NCBI GenBank assembly: GCA_958009085.1
Contig: OY253683.1
Coordinates: 248,001-312,000 of the forward strand
DNA length: 64,000 nucleotides
Reading direction: 5' to 3'
Source of the DNA: Protoeuglena noctilucae
Taxonomy: Eukaryota
Position numbers and translations under genes: made by a program. The first letter of the stretch is position 1. Every line of letters starts with the position of its first letter. A model generated the notes under the pieces. That model was not told where the DNA came from. It worked only from the letters and a program-made list of their open reading frames with translations, and made no database searches. Shown in pieces: positions 12,719-22,826 of this stretch.

Positions 12719-13316
12719 GGCATACTCCTGCAGATGCGCGAGGGCTGGGCGTCGCGGAGCGGGAAGACAGGGCCCTGACAGGAACCGCATGGATGCAGAA
12801 AGAGTCAAAGGACAGAAGGACCTCGTCGCGGCGTTTGGGGAAGGGCCGCGCGTCGGAAGCGGGGCTCACGGGTGCCGTGCGCCATGCCAGGGCCTTGTGG
12901 GGCGACACGCGGCCCTCCTCTCACCCTGCGCCCTGCGCTCACGCTTGGCAGCTCCGAACTATCCTCCGCTTCCCTAACCTCGCCCCCGGGATGAGCCATG
13001 GCGGCGCGCTGCCCCTGCACCCTCCGCGAGCCTGGCCAGAGTGGGCCTCGCTGGCCGCAAGACAAGCGGCGTTGCCGTCAAGGATTTGTTTCACTCGATG
13101 AGCAACAGCAGCGTGCCGGGCTCGTGGAATTCGCGCTTTGCTCGGCGGCCACGGGACCCTACATGTGAGGACACGGGGCCGCCGATGTGCACGCTTGCAG
13201 ACACAGACCAGCGTCTCCGCGCGCTGCAGGGAAGCTGAATTTGCCACGGTACGGCTCAGCCCGAGCCAGGCAGCCTTGAGTGCCCTTTCTGACACTTAGG
13301 GTTTGGAAAACACCTT

Positions 13317-13467
13317 CATCGGGAAAACCCGGCGATTTGACGTCACTCGGATCAGAAGGATCGCGGGAATCACTGGATTCATCCCAGTGATCCCCGGGAA
13401 TCGCCGGGATCATCCCCGTGATCCCGGCGATCCCCGCCACTGCCGCAGTGATCCCAGCGATCCCGGG
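13317..13467. repeat. Left TIR and subterminal GATCCC repeat array (about 9-bp periodicity)
   Basis: 13-bp perfect TIR extending imperfectly to about 37 bp, followed by gtgatcccc/gcgatcccc/gggatcatcccc units. Confidence 0.88.
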
Positions 13468-14008
13468 CCGCGGCCCTGACGCGCGTGCGCGCCCCCGCGT
13501 TTGCTCAGGGGGCTCGAGAGGAGGCGGAGAGACCGCACATTTGCTAGTTGGTGCTAATGACTGCCTCGGAGGCCCCTCTCGCGTCCTAAAGCTTGCTCCA
13601 GCATGCAGACGGGGGCCGTCGACGCATCCGGGGTCCGCTTCCCCTGCGCCGCCGCTGTTCAACGTGAGATGTCCATATCTATGCGATGAGCGGGAGCTCG
13701 CGGGCTCGCCGGGCCCCCGGGGGCGCCGGGGAGGTCCCCGTGCTCGACCAGGCCTACCGCCGCCGCGGCCGCGATCGGGCACGCAGCGCTTGGCCTATGG
13801 ATTGAGGTGACCTAAATCTCGCTAGCTGCGGCGCCTTTGCCGGCTACGCCGCACGGAGGTGGCTGCTGCATGGGAGGTGAGCCGTCCCCGCCGTCATGGC
13901 GCTGCGGATGGGGGCGCGGGGCTGGCTTCGGAGAATTATCTCGATACAGATGACATCGCCGGCGTCGGGGACCTGGCACCGCGAGCATCGGGGAGCTCCT
14001 GGGGTCAC

Positions 14009-17000
14009 CTACTCCTCGCCGCCGCTGGCGTGGTGCTCCCAGACCTGCTGCACGTGGCCGCAGTGAAGAAGCTTCCCAGCAACTTTCACGGCGTGAAGCT
14101 GCCGCCGAAGGTTGCGGAGGGGCACGCACTTCAGAGCCTCGCCCTCCGCAGGCTCCAGGAGCGACAGCTGGGGAGGCTGCAGCGCTCCCAGGTTGGTGTA
14201 GAACGACAAGCACTGGTTGGACAGGTACCTCAGGTCGCATGGGGCCCTGTGCACCGGGGCCACCAGGGCGCAGAGGAAGGTCCCGGCACCGGAGCTGGTC
14301 TTCGCCTCAACCCCGCACACGACCCTGCCCGTCTGCAGCGTGCCCCTGTCCGGGAGGTACTCGACGAAGGACAGGGTCTCGTCGGTGGCGACGATCCTGG
14401 CCCGGTCCCCGCTGGCCGTCCTGATCTCGACCGTGGAGGTCAGCGCGACCTCGCCCAAGACGTGGCAGGGAAGCCCCGCGCCCTTGAGGGCGTTCAGGAG
14501 GTCCGCCTTAGAAACGAAGTCTTCCGCGCGTCCCTCGCTGCACAGGTCGTTCTTCTTCAGGACGGTCTTCACGCCCTTCACTTGGTCCTCGGGCTGGGAC
14601 GGGACCGGCTGCTCCGCCCTCGCCCGGCTCTTGATGACGGAGGCCGCCCTCTGAGAGATGACGCTGGTGCTCGCCTGCGACAGGGCTCGGGGGTCAGTCC
14701 AGCGCGGCTCAGCATGGCACGCGGGTCGAGCGCCGTGCGACCGCATCGAGACGTGTGAGTCGCAAGAAACGCGTCCTGCGTGGGCTTCCCCGCGTCGCCT
14801 ACGCTGGGCGGCGCTTCTTGCCTGTACCTGCACGTCGCCCTTGCCGTTCGTGCGCGCGTTGGCAATGGGCTTGTGCATGCGCTCGGCGTCGTTCATGCTG
14901 CCCAACATGATGGAGCCGTTCCTCGCCACCACTGCAGGGAAATGCGAAAGCGCGTGGCACTTCTGGCTGTTCTCGATCTTGCTGAAGAGGGGCTTCTCCG
15001 TGCGGACGATTTCGTGGCCACGCAGCAGCGTCTTGAGCACGACCTGCGGCGACACGGCAGCGACAAGGCTTCCAGAGTGAGTAAGGGGCAGCGAACGATG
15101 GGGCTGGTGTTGGAGAAGGCCTCACGTGGAGGACCTTATTCAGCTGCGCGTCCGCCGCCTGCGCCCCTGCGATGGTGGCGCTCTCCAGGGACCATTCGGC
15201 ATAGAGCTGAAGGCATGCCAGGGCTACGGCCACGAGCCCAACCCTCTCGTCGTGCACGTCTTTGCTGCCCGTAGGCTCTGCAAGGGATGTGGTGGTGGGG
15301 AAACACTCCCGGGGTTCCCCGGCCCGCATCGCGATACCCGCAGCTCCTCCCGATGCCCTCGCAGCGCTGACTGTCGGCCTCGCCTCGAGAGAAGAGCTCG
15401 ACGAGGGCGAAAGGCAGAGCTTGGATCAAGAACCTCGCCTCGTACGCCTTTATCTTCCCAAACGGGTCCACGAGGCTCAGCACGATCTGGAAGGTCTCGC
15501 CCCACGGACGGGCGTGGATCCATGCCGGGGCCTGCGCTCCACCCACACGACGATGGACATGCCAGGTGAATACCGAGCAGCTGCGGCGCCACTGCAGGCA
15601 ACGCACGCCATTGCCTGACCTGCAGCTCACCTTGGCATCCGCAATGATCGATGCGAACGCAGCCAAGAGGGCGTTTGCCTTTGTCGCAGACTCTCCCGCT
15701 GCCGCGTTGTTGTAGAGGACGGTCAGTATGCAGAAGGGAACAGTCTTGCCCAACATTCCCAGTTCCACGGTGTGCATGGGGTCAGGTGCTTGGCCCTGAT
15801 ACAAGTCCGACCCGAACTCGTCCCAGTACGACAGGGCAGGAACCACAGGATGAATTTTGCTCTCCCTGGCTTGTTCGTTGGCCCTGGCCGTCCCCACGTC
15901 CCTCCTCAAGCGCAGGATGTGCTGCACCTGGAGGCGATGCAGCGCGACGGTGCGAGGCGTGCGGCAGTCATCCTGGAGGCACAGCGGGCACGACCTGACG
16001 GCCAGCGTGGACGAGTTGGCCATCATGTCGTTCAGCTGCGCCGCCAAGACGGGAAAGACGATGACTCTCCCGACGTCGGGGAGGGTCATCCACACCCCAC
16101 CGGACCTCGCCACGCCAATCAGCTGCCGGTCCACGGCAGCCAGCCGCCGCTGGATGGCCTCTCTGTTGTTCAGGTCTGCCTGTGACCCCGGAGTGATCCC
16201 GGACACCTGCGGGGGCCTCGAGCGACAACTCATACACGCGGCGTGGTGGTGGACGTGTGGGCTGCAACGCCGGCAATCCTCCTCTCGCCTTCATGGACTC
16301 GACGGTGGCCACGGTTCGCGGCGTCCCTGTCCTCACGGCCTTGCAAGGCGACAGGAGGTGCATGTGGATGGGCGTCGTCGATGCGCCCTTGGTCATCTCC
16401 ACCCCGTCGATGCTGTACGCGACGGGCACGAGGAGCAGCCGGGCGTGCAGCTCGGGGCGGACTTTGCCAGCGACAGCCTCGGCTATGTCGCTATACCCCT
16501 TCGCCCGGGAGAAGGTGAGCTTCTCGTGGATGCTGGGATGCGTCTCATGTGGTCTCGCCCGCGCCTGGCGTGACCGTTCCCGTGCCTCGCTGAAGTCTCG
16601 CATCAACTTAACGAGCGTCTTGGGCTTGATCTGCTCCGCGTGCACCAGCATGTCCCTCAGCACCGTTATCGTTTGGTAGATGATGGTTGTGCTGCCCTCC
16701 TCTTGCAAAACCTGCAGGCCGTGCGTGCACTGGTTGGCGTCAGCCCCCTCGGCCGCGTCCGAGGCCCTCGACACAAGCGGCACCGCGGCGTGACGCACCT
16801 CGTACTGGCCATGGATGCTGTTGAGTGAGGTGTGGAACGTGCGGTGGGAGCGCCCGAGGTCGAGAAGGTCGTCGCGGATGTCGGGGCGCAGCTTCACGAA
16901 GCAATCGAAATGCGCTGCCGTCAGCGATGCCATGAACTGCGCCCCTGCTTCAAGTTGGCTCAGGTACTCATCGTCACTGTCCCTGCTCCTGGCCCGCCAT

Positions 17001-17512
17001 GCCTCCAGGTCCTCCGGCAGCTTCAGCGGTTCGTACTCCCCGGGCGCAGGAAGGTAGGAGACTCCAGGAGCGTCCTCTTGGGGCGCATCATGCGCTCCGG
17101 CGCTCTCGGGCGGTTCACCCCTCTCCGAGTCAATGTCCACGTCCATGTCCACGTCCGTGTCGGCGTAGTGGAGCCACGCGAGTCCTACATCTTCGCTCTC
17201 GCCATCACTGCCCGCAGCAACGTCCGCCGTCCCGTCTTCCTCCCGCAGTTCTTGGTCTGGTCCCGCGCTGGCGCTGTCGCGTGCCAGCCCGTCCGAGCCT
17301 CGCAGAGACGGAGAGACATAGTGTTCGTGTGGGGCGGCGGGGCGGGGTGCTTCCTGGCGGCTCTCCTCGCCATATCTCCAGCCCCACAGCGCAGGGCATC
17401 TTTGCTGATGCCGGGCGAGCTTGGCCGGGGTATCGAATTGCGTTCCACACGCGTCGCATTCGAGCATGGTGAGCTGCAGCGCAGGTTGCGATGCAGGGTT
17501 CAAGGCGGGCAT
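14009..17512 (-). CDS. DDE transposase (Plavaka/CACTA-like) with an N-terminal zinc-finger-like motif; about 6 introns, roughly 950-1000 aa
   Basis: CDACGTQFDTPAKLARHQQRC; D in YSIDG (16406-16408); D in LNDMMA followed by CPLC (16027-16029); PDPMHTVELG; KCHALSHF; E in DAERMHK (14882-14884). Predicted introns: 16712-16798, 16207-16288, 15532-15630, 15278-15383, 15044-15125 and about 14675-14821. Confidence 0.85.
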
Positions 17513-18728
17513 GGTGAGGGCGTGGAAGCGGAGGTGAGGAAAGTCCAGCGCGCGCTCTGTGGGTCAGGCAGGCTCAGGGGTCGTCAGTCCTCCAGGCAAG
17601 CGGGGGTGGATTGCAGGGCTGCAGCGACAGCACCGCGCACAGGCGAGGCTCGGCGCTGCTGGTGCGAACAGCGCTGGATCATCGTCCCTCTCTAGGGTGA
17701 GAGTGCAGCCTGCTGCTGAGCCATCTGCGAGGTGTGCTGACGTGGCTGGGGAGGGGAGGGGCCAGCTCCCGTGAGGTGAGATGCAGCATACGCATGACTA
17801 GATCAGGTCGGACATTGTCGCTGTCCCCGAGGTGCGCGGTTGGTCTGCTGCGCTACCGGTGGGGTCTGCGACACGGTCAGGTGTGCAAGGGGGGGTTGGT
17901 TGGCTGGGAGGGACGAAGGGCTGGTCCGCCAGCGTGGTATCTCTGTACTTGCTTACTGTACCTGGCACCGTGCCTGCACTCTCTCACCCCGAGACTGACT
18001 CTAACTTCGCCTAACAAGCACGCAGGCGCACGTGCCACCTCGTCCCAAGTTCCGGCGCTGGTCGGGTGCTGGCCGGGCCCGCCATGGCTCGTCCGCCGAC
18101 CCATGCCCCTTGTCTGTCGTCTGGCGTCCGCGGCGCCCCGCAGCGGTGGTCATCGACTCCTGGGGCGGCCGTCGGCACGGCGGAGTCGCGCACGCCACCA
18201 TCTCCCGAGTGCCTGGCCCGAGTGCCGGAGCGCCGCTCCCCGATGGAGCGGCAGCGTCCGGAACAAGCGGTCGGTGTCTCTGGCGGTGGTCGCTGCGCGC
18301 TCCCGTCGCGCCTGCGGCCGCCCGAGTCCGGCTGCATGTGCGTGCATGAGTGCGTTGCCTAGAGCGTCACGGATGGTCATGTAACCTCGGCGTAGGGATT
18401 GAAATACCAATAGCTACGCTAGGGAGCGATTACGGGCCGAACGGAGCCCCCCGGGCCGCGCGGGCCCCGGAGCGCGCGTGCCCAAAAGATGCGTCCGATC
18501 GCGATCAAGATAGGTCCGATCGCGGCCGAGAAGGAAGATAGGCGGCGGGATAGCCTCGGCTAACGCTTCCGGCGCCGCTGCGCTCCCGAGTGGGCCCCGC
18601 TCCCCGCGATCCCCGACCACGACGAAATGCCGCGAAACTGCTCCCAGCGGCCTCTCGCATCCCGGGTGCGCCGTGGCCGTAACCGCGCCGCGTAAAACGG
18701 CCTCCCCAGGGAGATCGGGCGCGCGGCT

Positions 18729-18889
18729 GGAATCACTGGGCTCAATGAGGGTTTACATTACAGTCTGTGTCGTCAGTGGGATCACTGGGATGATCCCTCT
18801 GATACCCCCGGATCAGCGGGATGATCCCCACGATTCCTGGGTATCACGGGGATGATCCTACTGACGCCAGACTCGCGGTTTTCCCGATG
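18729..18889. repeat. Right subterminal GGGATC/GATCCC repeat array and right TIR
   Basis: Units ggaatcactggg, gggatcactgggatgatccc, ggggatgatcccc and ggggatgatcc mirror the left-end array. Confidence 0.88.
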
Positions 18890-19201
18890 TTAGCAGCACT
18901 TCTTGAGCCCTTCCTTTCCAACACATGCGCATGGGTGCTTTTTGTCTTGGGCACTTTGCTGTTTCAGGGCGTGGTTTGACAACTTCTGCACGGCGCGGGA
19001 GGCAGACCACACACAGATTCTGCGTGGTTCTCGAGGGAGAACATCCAGCAGCGGAGGAGGTTGTTGCTTGAGTTGTGACAAACTACATAGTGTCCCCATC
19101 GCGGCCATCAGAGCATCATCGGCACTCGCGGGACGCGCTCTTGTGTGGGCACCCTTCCGTCGGCGCGTGCGCTCCCATCGTCATCGCTTTCCATCGAAAC
19201 C

Positions 19202-21013
19202 ATGGCGAGCCCCAACGAGGTAGTGCTCTACAAGATGCGGGAAGGCAAGATGGCTCTGTTCGCGTTCCCCTTTGAGCGGTGCCGCCCAGCGCGCGTGAAG
19301 CCTGCCTCGTTCACCCCGCCCGGACCTTTCCAGGAGCTTTCAACACCCGCTTTCGCGCTCTCGCTCAGGGTGGAGCATGCCATGCATAGGTCCGGGGTCC
19401 CTCGCCGTCGAGGCGTACCTGCGCTTCACGGGCAAGCCCTTTTCGGTGGAGGTGTGCCCGTCGCACCGATCCTCGCCCACGGGCCATCTCCCCTGCCTCG
19501 AGGTGACTGGCGTATGTGGCGATACATGAAATCTCGCCAGCCCGGTGCCGGGAACGCCGCGGATCGGCCCCACATGACCCTAAGCGTGGCTGCAGTGGGG
19601 CGACACGCTGGTGGGGACCCCCGCGCCCGCCGTCATGTCGGACGAGGCGGCGCTGGAGGCCCAGCCCGACGACCAGTGGGGCCTCGGAGGCATCCTCGGC
19701 GCGGCCAGCTGCACGTGGAGCGAGTTTGACGCCGCGCTTGTCTGTATCCGCTTCCTGCGAAGGAAAGTCGTGGACCTGGACGCGCACTTAACGGCGCGCG
19801 ATCGGGGCGTGTGCGACGCGCTGCACGCTCTCGTCTCGGCCAAGCTCGTGCCCGCCGTCCTGCACGCGACCTGGGTGGACCGCACGGCTTTCGCCAAGCA
19901 CACGTCCAAGGAGTATTTCGCCGCGCTGCCCTTCCCGCTCAACTGGACGCAGCCGCGGGCCACCCGCGGGGCCATCTGCGCCATGCTGCGCACCCTGCCG
20001 GCGGTGAGGCGTCCGATGCGAGCCATGCGCGGTCTCCATCGCAGCCCCCAGTGCCTGCCCACGTGTGCTGCCTTATAGTCGCGTCGCAGGAGCAGCTCTA
20101 TTCGGAAGCCTGCGCGGCGCTGGAGGCACTGGAGCACACCTGCGCGGGGTCTGGGGGCTATTTGATGGGGCAGCGACCGACGTCCATCGACGCCTCGGTC
20201 CTCGCCATCGTTTGGTTCATGCGCAACTTCCCAGGCGAGCCATCGACCATGTCCGTGAACGCTTCATTTCTACGCTGGTTCTGACTCAATCCATTGTCTT
20301 TTGATCCTTTGACATGGGTCGAGACAGAGGACGCATGGGCAGCTCCCCACCCTGTCTGTGAGCACCCATTCTGTGAACATGTGTGACGCTAGCACCCGTC
20401 GACCTCGCAGGCTTGCCTCGGGACCTCGGGGAGGCCGTGCAGTCGTGCCCTTCGCTGAACGCCTACGTGGACCGACTGGCTGCCGAGCACTTCGCCACGG
20501 CCGCACGCCCGGCGGACCCCGACCGGTGAGGACGCGTGCTTTCGCATGCTCGCATCATCACCGCGTTTGTCAGCACTGCCTCTCGCGTTTACCTGGCGCG
20601 CTTGTGCTGTCAAACCCAGGCACTACCGGGGGGACACGCCTGTGCGTGGCAAGCCACCCATGACGCAATCCGAGGCGGCGCATCGGCGAGGCAACGTGAT
20701 GTGGCTGCTGGGGGCGTCCGCGGTCGTGGTGGGGTACTTCTTGCTGGGAGGGATGGTGACGCTCCCCATCGGGGCGTACGAGGTAAGTTGTGTAAAGAGT
20801 CTACTCACCCTTGGAGCATGCGCAGGTGCCTGTTTGGGTGCTACACCCGTGCTGCAGAATCCAGCATGGGGGCAGCACGTTCTGATAACGTGCTACGTGA
20901 TGCTCTGTGCGCTGCAGTCCGTGGTGGAGTCATTGGCGGAGGGCGGCGGGGACCTGGACGAGGACGGCATGGGCGCCGAGGATGACATCGACGACTTTGC
21001 CGGAGACGAATAG
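19202..21013 (+). CDS. MTX: Metaxin (mitochondrial outer-membrane SAM complex, GST-like fold)
   Basis: SLAVEAYLRF..SPTG, YFAALPFPLNW, YSEACAALEALE..YLMGQRPTSIDASV; C-terminal TM helix and acidic tail. Confidence 0.85.
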
Positions 21014-21187
21014 GCGATGCCAATTTGCAGACCCGGCCTGCTGCTGAGGCGCCTCACGTGTTTGAAACGTGCTGAAGGGGAGACGCTTTCAAGCAAGTGA
21101 CGAGTTTCAGTTCCATTCCAGCTCCACGATGGAACAACACGCCAGCTCATGTTGCAGAATGTTGCTGCACATTGCAAGAGGTGGCTC

Positions 21188-22311
21188 TCAGCTCTCCCCG
21201 CCCTCGTCTTCGTCGTCCGACTGACTTGGCGGCAACAGAGCCGGGTCCACGTAAGCGTCGTCCTGGCCCCCGGCCCTGGGGATGAACGCCTCGCTATCCA
21301 CCAGGCCCGTCTCTGAGTCTGGGTCCCCCGGGATCCTGCAAGCATCATTGGACATGCATTGTTACTGCTACAGTACAACTGTAACATTCCGTACCATGTA
21401 GCATATGCTACCACATAGCCCTCTGCTCAATAGCAGCCTGTGCAGCGCTGACAGTGCAGGGCGTCGCGGCCTGCAGGGGCGCCGTGTGCGCGCCCCATCC
21501 CAGAGCCGGCCTCGCCTGGGCACGCGTGATGCCTGCGCCAGGAACTGCGACTGCACGGCGAGGACCTGGTCCGAGGTGCGGCACGAGGCGTATCGGTCGA
21601 GGATGTCCGCGTTGATGGAAAAGAAGGAGTGGCCCCATTTGAAGCGGCTCAGCACCTCCACCGCCTCCTCCTGCCACCCGCAGACGAAGAGGGCCGCCGC
21701 CAGCGCCTCGGCGCACGACAGCTTGCAGGGGCGGCCCCAGTTGACTGCGGTGCGGCGGGCGGCGTGACCGATGACGAGGCGCGGGGGCTGGTGGGGCGCG
21801 ACGCAGCGTGGAGTGGGGCGTACCTGGGTTGGCGGCGAGCAGCCATGGAAGGAGTCGGGGCGCTTTGGATTTGCACTGCCCAAAAGGGACCTCGTCGAGG
21901 CGATTCCACGAACAGTCCACCACCGAGAGGCCCCGCGCGCGCATCAGCTCTCGGTCCTCCCAGGACACCGGGGCGCGGCCCACGGGAGTCAGGCAGACGC
22001 CCGGATGGCCAGCTCCCAACCGCAACTCCCTGCAAGAGATGAAAGTGAAGAATAGCGGTCGTCGCTTGCCGGCGCAAGCGCGGCACGGCGCGCGCAGTGC
22101 CCAGGCCGGCCGGCCCGCGAGCAGCCCCTCACTTGATGAGCCCCTGGCGCGCGAGGCGCGTGCCCGTGCACCGGTTGCGATCACACTGCCCCAGGTCCCA
22201 CATGGCCAGCTTGACGCGGGGGACGAACTCGCTCCCATCGGCCTCGGCGGCGGCCGCCGACCCCGGGCCTGGCTCAGCTTCCGCCCACACGCGAGCCTTG
22301 GGTCGTGGCAT
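21188..22311 (-). CDS. TSR3: 18S rRNA aminocarboxypropyltransferase
   Basis: [60 protein letters not shown]. Confidence 0.95.
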
Positions 22312-22826
22312 TCTCGCCCACGGCCCTCAGCAACGAACGCTCAATGTACTGCCCGCGACCAATGCTTCGGCAAGCACGCGAGGAGACACGGGTGCAAGAG
22401 GCGGAAGAGCAAGGGTGGTGCGTAAAGAAACCGAGGGGACGACGTTGGACGGCAACGCTCGACTCTGCTAGGCGCGTAGTGGAAGTGGCGGTCGAAATGG
22501 TAGGCCAACTAGCGCAATCCAGCGCGCAGCCGGAGCGCCAGACCCTGACGTGCTGACTGGCGGCAGCCCCCGGCGCCAGCTCGACAGCTGACCCTGCGCT
22601 GATCACCGACGTGTACTCGCCATCTTCCGGCCCGCGCCAGTCTTTCGGAACTGGCCTCTTTTTGTCCAAGCGCCCCCGTTTGCAGCGGCATGAGGACGCG
22701 TTTCCCGCAAGCTTCAGCATAGGAGTTTCGCGACTGTGTTCTGTTTTCAGTGCGGCCGCGGGCCCGTCCATTCCCACGTTCTTGGGGTGCTGCCTTCGGT
22801 CAAATTGCACGCCCCGTCCGGCCAGC

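Larger units (their letters stand above)
13317..18889 (-). mobile_element. Full-length TIR DNA transposon (Plavaka/EnSpm-CMC-like), 5,573 bp, with a 2-bp TT target-site duplication
   Basis: CATCGGGAAAACC at 13317-13329 is the exact reverse complement of GGTTTTCCCGATG at 18877-18889; TT flanks both ends (13315-13316 and 18890-18891); an internal DDE transposase is present. Confidence 0.92.

Noticed and set aside
13360..13467. Short repeat array resembling CRISPR or a coding repeat (IPAIPA)
   Set aside because: There are no unique spacers or cas genes; the array is explained as transposon subterminal repeats mirrored at the other end.
14009..17512. Transposase as a frameshifted pseudogene
   Set aside because: Each frame break is bracketed by plausible donor and acceptor sites giving host-sized introns.
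13317..18889. Fanzor/TnpB nuclease or TET/JBP cargo in the transposon
   Set aside because: No RuvC or 2OG-Fe dioxygenase motifs were recognised in any frame.
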